From Ylistrum balloti (taxonomy: Eukaryota), in the NCBI RefSeq assembly GCF_031769215.1, contig NW_026782569.1, positions 186,001 to 250,000 on the forward strand: a stretch of 64,000 bases of DNA, written 5' to 3'. The notes under the pieces were generated by a model. That model was not told where the DNA came from. It saw only the letters and a list, made by a program, of their open reading frames with translations, and did not search any database. This document shows positions 38,901 through 52,100 of the stretch, piece after piece. Within the stretch, counting starts at the first letter, position 1. Every line of letters begins with the position of its first letter. Both the position numbers and the translations under genes were made by a program.

Positions 38901-39884
38901 ATCACTACCTACAGAACAAAGTACCTTGTGTACATATTTCAATGAATTTGTTTTTTTGTGCTGGTGTTCTCTGTTGTAATATTATTTAGTGAAACATGGA
39001 AAATCAAAATTCATGTACATGTAAAGCTATATATATAGTTATACATACACACATCACATAATTCAATCTCAAAACCATTTAGCTTTCTACTACTGTTCAT
39101 TTTGAATAAGTTATATATATATATATGCACTTTTTGAGGAAATTGATATCTAAATACAGCAAGGCCAGTTAACTCAAAATAATTTGTTATTTGTCAAAGC
39201 TGTAAGTCTGGTTAACAACTAGCAATGGAGTTCAGGGGATGCATTGAATTTTCCAGTTAATCGTCATATTTCCATAGGATATTTGCGTGACCAGGGTAAG
39301 TTTGTGAAAACCACACATTTGCATATCAAATACATACTAGTCTATCATATGCCAATTTGGGTGGAGATTTGTGACCAAAAATAACAAAAATCACTTTGAA
39401 CTCGAATTGTTACATGTGGGAAGGTACCGAAAATATAGGCAGTACCTCTGGCCTTTGTTACGATATTACAGCTACTACGGGGATGAATCTACATCAAGCT
39501 TCAAAGAAGGCAACACATTCAGTAACTATCTTTTCATAAATTAATGCGAATTCTGATAAAATACTGCACAAATCTGGGATAAAAACAATTTAGGTGTTAT
39601 CAAATACAAATTCACAATCCAAATGGCGCATAATAAAGCCAGTTTGCATATTACATCTAAATTCGTGGTTTTCCTCAATCTGATAAACGGGGTTCAAAAT
39701 TTTCTGCTAAAAATGTTTCATGCAAGTCAGAAGATTAATCGTACATGTCTCGTTGTAGTTCTACCATAGCTGCCACGTCAGCTCCCTTAATTTGTTCCAT
39801 TAAGGCTTCGGTGAATGCTACAGAGGACGGACAGCATCCTTCATCGTCAGAGATTCGGGATAAACCTTCACTTTCAGTTTCCAT
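35934..39884 (-). CDS. KXD1: KxDL motif-containing protein 1 (BORC / BLOC-1-associated), 4 coding exons, 152 aa
   Basis: Exons (minus) 39884-39745, 38087-37935, 37114-37068, 36052-35934, GT-AG and phase-consistent (459 nt). Translation includes [27 protein letters not shown]...[28 protein letters not shown] plus an acidic tail, matching KXD1 (human RFEKTNEMLLNFN...MKRDLDSIFRRIRTLK...HPEAF). No exon appears in the ORF track. Confidence 0.95.
36562..36685. repeat. 31-bp tandem repeat x4 (KXD1 intron 3)
   Basis: Unit TTTCTGTG(G/A)CACACTGAGATGTGTGTCAGAA; G and A variants alternate. Confidence 0.95.
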
Positions 39885-42800
39885 TTTGCTTTAAGTGTTT
39901 ATGTGACCGCGATTAGATCTAGATCTCTTTAGCGTTTAATGACAAACTATAAAAGTAAACCCGTCTTTTTCCGGATATTTGGAAGCATGTCGAACTTGTG
40001 AATATAAAACGGAAAGAAGTGTTGTTTGGCTATCATTCTCTACAATATTGATCATGAGAAACTGGCAAGTAGAAAATATGTATATATATATTATTCTTAT
40101 GTGCCTAGAATAGGCACTGAACAAAATTCTGCCCTATGAATTTGACATTGACTGGGATAATCAGAATGCAGTATTCGAGATATTTGATGCTGAGCGAAGA
40201 ATACGATGATGTACTGGATTATTTGTACACGGAGTATACAAGTTTAAATAATATATTATTTCAACGATGAAGTACCAGAAGAAGACACAGAATAAGCAGA
40301 AGCGAAAAAGGAATTGACAACATGCTTGTACCCTCTCAAAGTTCAGAGTTAGTAATCTCCTACAAATTGACTAGTATATACACTACTAGTGATTAGTACA
40401 ATGATAATGAGATATTGTAGTAGAAGACAAAATGTATTTGTATATGAATAAATTAGATTATTTTAGTCGTGTATTTTAAGTCTGTATTTTCTTTTGGTGC
40501 ATTTGAACTTTATATGAGGATTGCCAGGGTTACCATATAAATTTTACCTACAAGAAACATAAGATATCTCTCGTCTTTTTATTAGATATATATGTATAGT
40601 GTTTAGATAATCAATAATGATAGAACATATACATGTATAACTGACAGAAATATCATACACAGCCGAAGTTATCCGAGGTAATTTGTAACTTTAATGTTGC
40701 TGGAGTTCACTCTGATACGACATATATGAACACCTAACTCCTTTGTCGTTGAATAAAAAAATCAATATTTATAACGATGCAAAATTTTAGAATTAAGTAT
40801 GTTGCTGTATACGCGTATTTTTGTTTTTCTTTGACGTTCCGACAATTTTGGTGATGTATGGTTTGACTTAGGCAATTATGGATTTCGTTAGAAACAAGTG
40901 GTAAAATCGTATTAATTCCCATAGCTACACGTGTTACATAATGTACATGTGAATTATATGTCCTAAAAAATTTCACGGATTGATATTCTGAACCCGGTTT
41001 CGTTTTATTCTCAGCCTGTTATTGGTGTTTGATCTCCAAGAGTTACTGCCCTTCGTTTCACTTTGTCAGATGAGCACCACAGACAATCGGGCCCGAGAAT
41101 GGTTATTGGTGACACAAGAACAATGTTTAAGCACGGATTTACGTGTTCGCTGTTTACAATGTAGGATGGTAATCCTGAATGATTTCCCCATCTGCCTATA
41201 TAAACTTAAACAGTCGTTGGAAAACGTGGAGCGGCTATATATTGATGTTTTAGCAACTTTTTTCCCCAAGATCAGAACTTCTCTGAATGCGCTACCTTAC
41301 TTACATTTTAATCACTGGGACCATACATTTTATCTCCCTAGAATAATTATCTCTTACAAAAGTTATGGACTAGATACTTTTACATGAAAGGTCTCAAGAT
41401 AAACCATAACGATGACGGACATCTAATGGCCAAAACAGGCACCCGATGCGTTTCAATTTCGTGACAATTTCTATATATATATAGTTAGCTAACATTTGGA
41501 TTTGTGATCGGTCAGCTACCGTATATCTGCATAATGAAGGCTTTTGTAACCAAAATCTGTGGTAGCTGTTCACAGTTTCTCGGTGTGGCCATGGGTGATT
41601 TTTTTTGTTCATTAGATTACCCCATTATAAAGGTTTTAATTAAAATTGAAACAAAAAATCCTTGCTAAAATTGGTCTAGTCGTGTTAAAGCGGTCAATGT
41701 GGGGTTTCATTTTTTTCAGAATGATATTTTAGCTATGTGTTGGAGATTACTATTTGGGCAGTCTTGAATCTGTGTCTACGCACCAAATCCCAGATTTACA
41801 AGAAGTGAAATTTTCATAGTGTTTACATGTGGTCATGTTATGAAGAATTTCCGAGTTGGAATTTGCTGAAATGTAAGTACTTTGTTACCATGACAGTGTT
41901 GTTGATTTTAAGATAGGTGTTTAGAAATAAATTTCTTCTAGAAAGTTGTAGTGTTAGGTTGGAATTTTCCAATAGGTAACCATAGCAATCACATGTCAGA
42001 AATCAGAGGGAATTTTTATTATACAAATTTATTCTCTCTACTATTAATGTAATTGTTATGTAGTTTATAAAGATATAAACATGTAATGATGTATTTTTCA
42101 TAACCAATCTGCTATTCCTGTGCATCTCAAACATGACTAATAATTTCTGGAAAAATGTAAATTAACTGTTTCCTGCTACCTGTAGCCGAAGTTCACTGTG
42201 ACCTATCAATCTAAACATTTTTTTAGTTGCCAATGAATAATAAAATAAAACATCTAACTGTCTAAATGTTATGATAACTGTTTGACTACTGTCGTATCGC
42301 AATGAATGTAAGAAACATACGATGATTCGTGTCTATAGAAAACCCTGCCGATCGAGTATGAACAGTGAATAAATACGTCACTGCTTTTTATACAGACATA
42401 CAGATTATAGATAACGTTTTCAGTAACCATGTCACTGTCATAGTATATTACGTCATTAACGTTCGGATCACATTTCGTCAGCAGTCTAATATAGATCACC
42501 ATTATGAGACCTCGGAGCGACATCTATCGAGTGTACTACTTGTTAGACAGTCAAACAACTGTCAGTTGAGCCTAGTAATATCGATTTCTTGATTAATTGA
42601 TACTTGTAAAGATGTCGCATGTTCCAATTATCATTTGATGCATATATGTTGATGTCAGTACTCGTTCTACAAATAATCAATAACGGTATCTTGCTAAATG
42701 TTTGTTAGGTGTTTGTTGGACTCATGTCATACATGTACGAACATCGCTGCAAAACGTTCACTTCGAGGGCAGCACCCATCAGGCATGGTTGCTGTACGTG

Positions 42801-43034
42801 TCTTATGCCAGCACAAAATTACCTTTAAGCCCAGAGAAGGACGTTACAATTGTTTTTAAATTTTCAACAAAATAGTTCCAGATGTTTTACTTTCGTGTGT
42901 ATATGATAAAACGAATTATACATCTTTATAATGATGACCGTGCGTACATGTAATTACATGACACCAGACTAATAATTAATAAGGACTAAGTCTATCTATA
43001 ACTAAGTCCGTGGCAATACTACAGTTTTGGTAAT

Positions 43035-43985
43035 GCACAACACACCCAAAAACGTTGTGCGTAGATCGTGCATACATCGTGCGCACACACGCACGATCCA
43101 GTATCGTGCGCAGAATTGTACGATAGGATCGCGCATTTGTGCTGTTTGGCAAAATGGTTGGCTAATATTACGGACTGAAAATTAAACGGAAAATTCGTGA
43201 AGTTGTTACTGTATAGCGATCACATGAACATTAAGATTGATCGGTGATTATAAAAATCATGTTTGATTCGACAGTTATCGAAATAACATTTGTCTTGCAT
43301 TAATTAGTCTTATCGTAAAGAGTTTCACATCCCAGAAAGTGGCGAGTAGTAGTGTCTCGGGCAACAAAAGTTTACCTGTATACGGGTATATAGGTGGCAG
43401 GTCCGGATCTATACCGGCTGGTTCGCTGTGTAAAAACATCACTCTTAAACCCTTTACCTGAGTAACATTTTGTTTAGAAAATGAAAGAAAAATGAGAGTT
43501 ATACAGCAGTAATGAAAATAAAATTTCGTTTCTGATGGTATGAGATTTTAGATGCTTCATTGTTGTAGACATAAAAAAAACCTTCATTTAAATTTTACAT
43601 ATATAATGTATTTATAATGAGTGTCCGTACACTAAGGCTGGTCACGTGAGGCTCCTTGTAAACAAACATTTAAAATTACGAGTGTATCTAACTATTCTGT
43701 GAACATCTGATTTATCTGCAAGCGTCAAACCTATAAATGGATTGATTAGGAAATATACTCAGTTGTATATTTATATATTTAGAAAATAAATAAACTCTAT
43801 CCCGCACTCATTTCTAAATTTATATCAACCACGTTATAATCGGATATTTGTGCATTAGAACCGCACAAAACGCGCACAAATGTGCGATAGCTTATTTCGT
43901 CCAATTATCCTGTCGTGCGAACATCATGCATATATCGTGCGCACATCGTGCATCGTGTAACGTTGTGCGATCCCACAATCGTAAC
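43035..43985. mobile_element. Probable non-autonomous DNA element with CG-rich ATCGTGCG/CGCACGAT subterminal motif blocks
   Basis: Two motif-dense blocks (43035-43146 and 43860-43975) flank an AT-rich core. ATCGCGCATTTGTGC (43128) is the near reverse complement of GCACAAATGTGCGAT (~43874). Confidence 0.45.
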
Positions 43986-46900
43986 ATATATGTTAATAAC
44001 ACTAATTTTGAACACTTTATTTTATGCATCATTCCAGATTAAATGCACTTGCTGTTATCTCAAAATGTCTGTAATAAAACGTGCTCCAAAAGACTTCAAC
44101 AATAAGGCTGTTACATAATAAGTGTTCATTTAAACAAACGCGATTACATAGAAAGGCCAGCCTAGAAAGTATTCTCCGCTCGCAGGTATTACTAGAATAC
44201 AACTGACAGAATTTGTTTTTTTGAGGTATCGAAACGCTTTTGGATAATAGAAATATATACCTGTTTACATATGTTCAAAATTTTGTGATGGAATCAAATC
44301 TGTTTCCTATAAGATTTAAGATTTTTCTTCAATGTGCCATGTATAAATTGTTTGATAATTTGAATAGCAATTACGTCTTCTCATGGTCAGTTCGCTCAAT
44401 GTCATTGCCATATACATGTATTGCAATAAAATACTAAACTCATATGGGATTTATGTGGCTATCACTACCCATCTGAGTTTACAAAATTCAGACTGACACG
44501 CATTTAGTCTGATTTAGATACAGATTAAATGTCAATTCTACTATTTCGCATCTTATTCAAGATCAGTACATTTTTCCTTCGATACTAAGTTTCACATTCA
44601 GATCTGTATAAATGTTGAAACATTTCCCTCCTGTTCTGAAACTAAATCTCGACGAACAAGGGAGATAACTCTACATGTCTTGTGGGGCAGATACACTGTA
44701 CAGACTAATTTCGGGATTCAAAGCGATATAAATTTTTGTTCTATTTTCATTTTGTTCTGTTTTAGTAGTGTATACCACCTGTGTCGTAGAAATGCAGACA
44801 TGTTGAAGTAAATAAACTTGTTGGGGTGTATCCCATGTTTTTTCGGCTTTCTCGTAGTCACTAATATTCAGGCCTTTCACGGCACTAAGGAAAACATGAT
44901 AAAATGCTATTTATATGTAATTGTAACTTAGAATTGCTGTCATTAAGTTTTAAGTTGTTCGCATACAAAATCCAAAATAATAGAGAATCGTTTTATTGAA
45001 TTGATTATTCAATTATCAAACGGAAATAAATGAGTGTCCAGTATTTAATAATGTTAATTAAGGGAGTACATCATCTGTCTGACTGTAACTAACTTTTAGT
45101 TTGTCGATTTTTCTAATGAAAACTTAGTGAATATAACTTAGATATGATTGATTCAAAACGGTACTGAAAAAAAATGTAACGTTTCTATATCCGACTTCAG
45201 TTTGATACAATAGTGCCCAGTGCCTTTCTTTTTCCATTCAAGTTATGATACTAATATCGTTCAAATTTGAAAATGATAAGAGTCTTTCGATTTCAGAAAG
45301 TTACACATTGCTGAAGGGCGAAATAACAGAAATTTTTATAAAATGTCTTACTGTTCAATATTTCGCATCTCTACAGGCAAAGTTCATTTTGCAAATTCCA
45401 TCAATCTCAATGTCTGTTTTAGTAATCTTTTGAATATTTACTAAATAAAAGCTTTCTTTTAACTTCACCTCTAAAAAATTGGAAACAAATGTTTAGAAAA
45501 ATAATTGCCGGATCACCTCGTTTAAAATAGTGTGCACGGCAATGTTGACGTCATTGAGATGCACAGCTGATTTAGTACTTTAAAGTAATTGAGTCTATAG
45601 CATAGCTCATTTAAGAGGAATTCATTTATAAATAGCAAATTAAATGGTTTTAACAGAATATTTAGATAAACGTTACATATATTCAGTATTCTGTCAAACC
45701 TATCAATGAAATACATTATACTAGACTTTTAAACAGCATAATTACGTACACTGTTTTGAAAAATAGAATAGCCGAAAATCTGGTACGACACGAGATGTTT
45801 TACTTTTGTTGATTTAAGGATACAAATTTGGACTTTAAATTCAGATTTGGCATACAAGTGTGCGATTGTTGATGAAATATAATATTCACATATTGTCTAT
45901 TTCAATCCGAAATAATGCAATATGCAAGACATGCTATCTTAACAAAATCCAAACAGAGAATATTCAGTCCTGTCAGCAAAATATTTAGAAAAGTTATTTG
46001 ACTCCAATCGCTAAAATGTGACCAAAATGAACAAAGAAATAATTTAAACGAGGACTTTTGAAAATAAGGAAAAAAAAAAAAAAAAAAAAAGAAGAAAATA
46101 AGACCAGTTTGGCAAAGCGCCCTCTACATCCACAACGACATTCGCCATTGTGAAAATGGTACTATGAGAAATTATATTTTTCATTAATTGATCGCGCAAC
46201 AATGTTTTCATGCCAGCAAAGTAAGTTTCAGTCAGTTTAATCCCTGAATTTTCTTCTAAATATACCCCGAACATTATTTATGCAATTGAAAGTTGATGTT
46301 GTACAATGTACACAGAGAAGGGTGTTCAGCTATACATTATTGCTGAGACCTACCGATCTATCTTATAAGGTGATCTATATGTATACACGGAACAGTAGAG
46401 ACTAATGCATTTGATGTCAAGCGACACAATAGGATGGCCTTAGAAATGAATATAAAGAATTCTATCGAGACTACTGAATAGAATGGTACGTGATATTTAT
46501 CTAAACATCCACGACACACTGATTTTGAAGCGACAATGCTGACTTACTGGTGAAGATGTTACAACCATTGACATCATATAATTTGCCTGCGATTATTATG
46601 TAACTGTCTTCTGGAATCAAAGCGATATTTCTTCCATTTTGTTACGTTCAAGATCTTAAAATCACATTTGCCCCTTTGTCAGAACGATTTTGCTGTGTGT
46701 TCATTTTCTGTTTAGTAGACAAGTTGTTGAGCTTCTTCTGGTCAATCTAACCAATCATAGACCATACTACTTTATACAAAATTACCATCAGAGCCCCGAT
46801 ATTGTTACTTAAACTATGAAAGAGACAACTGCGGACAAGGTTTATTCTTAACATAACCGCTGCTGCTTACAAACAATACCTTCACAAATACATTCTACCT

Positions 46901-49197
46901 TCCTTACTGTCGCTTTACTATTCCGTTGTCTTTCAAGTCCACCATGGAAAGATTCCATCTACCTAAACCCTAGAAAAAACAACACGAGGGAAAATAATAC
47001 GGGGAGGGGGGAATGAATCATTCTTTGTTGTTTATTATTGTTTTGCTGCATGTTATGACCAGGCATCTGTTTGAAACATGATTTTTCAAAGGTTTTGATT
47101 CCCCAGTCTTTAGTATCAATGTCAACTTTTACGAAGTAACCATTTAAAATTTAAAAAAAATAAAATGTTTTGATGTCTCTCTAGATTTTGAAGATAGTCT
47201 TCGTTCCTTTATCTAATTTGTAATCATTTGATCTTAAATTTCTATCCTACCCGCATTTGATTAGAAACAGCGCAGGATGTAATGTGTAGATTCACCGGTG
47301 CTGTACTTATCAGGTTACACGCTGTATATTATCTGACTTGAATATTTGCTTTCATGATTGTGGAAATACACCTATTTGTAAAAAATGTCTTTTATCAGGC
47401 GCTTCTTAATACATAAACCAAAATTGAATTTGCTCTCAACCCATTCTAATTAATATACCTTTATTAATTAAATACCTCAAACATCCCTGTTAATCATATG
47501 TATATACTATCATTTAAAACTTTTCTATTGTGTGGCTTTATGAAACGCCATTTTGTGCAGTAATTAATTTCAATTATGTCTAAGCTGTTGATGTGATTTA
47601 ATTTCACGACAGGTAATTTTCCTTTCTGGCTGTGATATTACTCTGTAGAATCTTTCTGTTTCAGGTTGCCCATGGTAGATGAAGGTTTCCTCGGTAGCTG
47701 ATAGTTTTTAATGTACAATCTTTCTGTTCCAGGTTGCCCATGATAGTTGACGGTATGTTCTCCTTGGTTCTATTTTATTTTGTATTTTCACGTCTCAGTT
47801 CATAGTTAATGTATATTATTATGAATCTGATTAAAACACAATCACATGCAAAATTAATCTAAAAAATGTATACCGGTAATTTTCTTTTATTATAATAGAA
47901 TTATTAAATATAGGAATGACGCAATCTTTTTGTGGACCTTTCTGCCTCTCACAAAGATATCAACGTCAATAACATTTATTTTCGGAAATCAAGTGCTCAT
48001 TATTAAGATTTATTGTCGTTTCTTGTCTGATAAAACGGAAATTCAATTCACGATTGGTAAGTTATGATTTATAATTGAGATAAAAAAAACTGATTTTCTT
48101 TACAGTCAATATGTTTTAATTATTTTACTACAGCGTGGAAGCAATGTTTGCATAGACAATTGATCATATATTAATCCCTACCTTGGGGGATCATTGGACT
48201 ATCGGTTGTACGAATACACTATTTATAATTTCATACATTCATTAATATGTTCTACTATTAACATGACTGTCTTGGCTTCCAACGTTTGAAAACATTTTTA
48301 CTTTTTTCTTCCTTTGTTTGTATACAACCAGCCTCAACTGGTTTTGACAGCTGATTGAAATTGACTATTTAAAAGATATGTTTTCTAAGCTTTACCCAAG
48401 GCCCATGTTTGTCTTCTTGCATATAATTGATGATAGGTCTCTCATCAGGTATACATCACCTATTCTGTATCTTTGTCATCTGATCTTGCAGAACGATAAT
48501 GACATATGTTTAGAACAATTGAATAATCCCAAGATATATAAAATCTGTTTGATGTTTGGCGAGGACCGTCTAATGCCGAGAGGGGTCTGGCACTTGTTTT
48601 TTTTATCTGACTATATACGACATGTCATCTCCTGGTCAAAGGTAAAGTGACTGACCAGTGATTGGCCGGAGGTGTATCAGTATGCCCGAGGTCCATACTT
48701 TTTATCACTGATCTGCTCGAGCAGTCGCGAGGCCACTGGAGGCTACAGGCCAATGCATATACCGTACCTGTATACCATACTAAACTCTAATCATTTTAGT
48801 CGATATATGCTGGCAATCACAGTGGTATGATAAGAGGCGAAAAGTCGCATCTGAACAGTTACGCCTATCTCTCTAAGTCGTTGTTGGTGTCATGATCGGT
48901 TGCATGTTTTTACACTAGCTTGACACCTGCGTTCAGCGAAGCGTATCGCCTCAATCAGGTAACTGGAAGGCTTTCCTAGATCCTATAAGTGGACGGCTAA
49001 GGCTGGAGTTGTGTAAGGAAAAACTACAATTACAAGTGCAAATACAGAATTTTTTACAACATTCCGTTCTCTTGGATATATCTATATGGATGTTACCAAC
49101 GATTGTAACTATCAATACCTATAACTAGCGGGGATATAACGTGCTAGTAAAGCAGTTAGAGTGTGTCGTATGGTCCTGTATGTACACAACAGGCCAC

Positions 49198-52100
49198 ATG
49201 GCACTCCGTAACAGAATACTGATTTCACTCTGTGTTGGTATCATATTCACGGAGTTTGTGTGGTGCCAGACTTCCAAACCATCCTCCAAAGGTAGGCTAA
49301 AGCTTAGTTATTACATCTGTATAAAGAACAAACTCGTATGTGATGTAATTTATTTTTTTCCATTTTTGATTAATGTTTAAATCATTTTAATAACTTAATG
49401 AGTCTTTTCGTTCTTTTAGTAAATTTTTTTTGTAATGTTATATTATTTTTGTTCAGTTTTCATGGAGCATATTCTTTGCTCTTCCTAATAGTATGACTGT
49501 TTATTATATTATTGAATATAGACCTAAATATAATACATCGCGATGTGTATATATAAGAGGACATATAATGTTGGTTTGAACACTATCGCACACGATGTCA
49601 TTACCAGAGGAAAATAATGTATGTAGCAATGTCAAGCCTGCTGCTTACGCAATCGAGTTTTATGATCGCTTTAACACACCACAGTTGACAAGGAGCAGGC
49701 TTTTTCTTTGATAAAATATTTATAATTCACAAACACATGAATATGAGTTTATGAAAGAGACTCTCTACACTATTAGCAAGACGGTGTGTAAATAAAGTGA
49801 TATTTGGTGCATGTCTGAGTCAGACATCATGTGATTTATATACGGTAAACTACTGCCCTACCTATATCAAGTCGTTTACGTTGCAATGGTCATTTGTTGA
49901 ACATATCTCGAGCAAAGCTACCCTAAGGCAACTGAGGCTGAACCACTCGTCTTCATCAGCTTGACAAAACAAACTGAATCAGTTAAAGATGGCTTTTAAA
50001 TATTTCCATTTTGGTTGAAGAGTGCTATTCGTTTACTCATTAAGTAAAATATCACATTCCTCAATACTTGACCGTCAAATCTGAATTAAAGGTCAGGAAA
50101 TAATTCCCAATATTGTCAAAAAGATGTATACAGTCAACAAAGAAGTTCACGTTCACGTGATCGTGTTAAAATACCATTTTACACGACTGAAGCTGAAATT
50201 GATATGTGATTATTGATGAAACGGAACCAGTTCACGATGCATGAAAAGTGTTTTAGATCAATTTTGAATAAATATCTGAATAACTGATCGTGACAGCATA
50301 TCTTTCATCCCTCCAATAGATACGTCACTACTGTATATTCCTTACTTATTTCACCTCCTCGAGTAGTTCATTGAACCGTTCGTAACACCCTCAGGATGGT
50401 ACATTGAAGTGCACATATGGCTAATGAGAACCGAACTGTAATCTCGATAGTGTAATGTCACAACAATGCGCATTATATTATGTAATGAATGAAGTGTACC
50501 TAATTTGAATTACAAATTAAACAAAGATATTATGTTTATAGTGTCATTAGTCAAAATAGCATAGGGACATAAGCTATTTCCGGTTTAGTTACGGAAATCT
50601 CTGTCCAGGTTATGATATAAACCAGACAAAAGAATACCAGGGACATTGTGAGATCTGGTGATAACCTATCTTTTACTAGCGACTTCAGGATCGTAAGCCG
50701 TTGCCTGAAGGGAAAGTCTCCGTAAGTCATTCCACTATTGACAACAACGCCAAAGGGTTGTCAAGCACGTGTGTCTTGTCATGATATGAAAACCATTCTG
50801 ATATACTATAAAAGAAAGGGCGTTAATGATGTTATTGTAACCAATCCTTTTGCTTAACGGCAATAAAATATGTTTGAAGTAAAACTACAATAGCGTCGGA
50901 ACATACCAGTAAAATATGACAATTCATTATAACTACGACACATATATTTATTGACAAGCGTCTAAAAGGCAATGATAATCGGGATGTAAAAAGATTATTT
51001 ACAAGAATTTGAAAGATTATGATAATGGAAATGCTCTAGGGACAAGATTGTGGCATGATATTAGAATAGCCTAAGAGACGAAACTATACAGTGTTCAATA
51101 CATCTGGCAGTAACCAGGGTTTGTGGATTCATGCCACTTGTAAAATCTAATAAACGTGAATGACATGAATGCCTGTGTGTCACTACATCTATTGTTTAAC
51201 AATAGACATTTTGTTCCTTCTAAATTCTAAAACTGATATATTCCTTTTGCCATAAAGATAATCTGTTTCAGAAGCTGCATGTGTATATGACCTGTCTTAT
51301 AACTGCCACTTATCTCTGATCCCAATGTTATAAAATTCACAGTTATTGGACATCTATATAGAGGGCACATGTCTATTTTCTTCGCTCTTCCATTGGTCTA
51401 TTTAGACATATTCGATAGTAAATATATTTATCAATCTCAATGCAAGAATAAATGCATGGCGTTGATTCGGAATTTCCTGAACTTGCTTTAAGACATGTAA
51501 AGGCTGTCAGATACACGACCTTGTATTAATGGGAGAACACTTAATTAAAAACAAATAAAATATTCGTCCCAGTTTTGAGACACTGACACAGAGGAGACTT
51601 GTGTCTTATCACATGACACAGGGAAATACTGTAAAAGTTGTAATGGGCAAAGGGTCAAAGACACACTTGTATTTCACAAAATGTATTTGGAATGGGAAAA
51701 TATCTAGGAAGCTTACATTGATTTCTTCATTGACTATGTCGTGTTTTGTTCTTTTGCGTGACATATTGACAGGGATTTGGCTCTCTTTATTTTATTTTTA
51801 TTGTTTCGTTGTCGTTACCCCAGTTCTCATTTTGAGAACGTGTTTTTTTACCGTATTAATGCAACACTGTATTTTATTAGTATGATTTAGAGGCTGTCTA
51901 GTGTCATTGGTGTTTAGTTTTAAGTCGTACTGTGTTTGAAAATGCTTTTATATATAATCATATACCCAAATCGTAACGTGAAGCTTTATTTATCATGTTT
52001 ATATAACCTCACGTGTACATTAACACAGATGGTCACATTGCTTGTCATCGCTCCCGTGCAATATTAATATGATACACGAACTGGTAAGACAAGTCGCCGC

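Noticed and set aside
41022-41612. 121-aa ORF and a minus-strand trace ADGEIIQDYHPTL resembling a small-GTPase effector loop
   Set aside because: Multiple stops, no P-loop or other G-box motifs in register; chance similarity is likely.
50680-50721. 42-nt segment with good AG/GTAAGT boundaries inside intron 1 of the orphan secreted gene
   Set aside because: It contains TAA in the phase-1 frame that intron requires; it is open only in phases 0 and 2.
51590-51710. Cys-containing segment ETCVLSHDTGKYCKSC, vaguely Kunitz-like
   Set aside because: Weak acceptor, no convincing donor, a stop soon after, and an incomplete Cys pattern.
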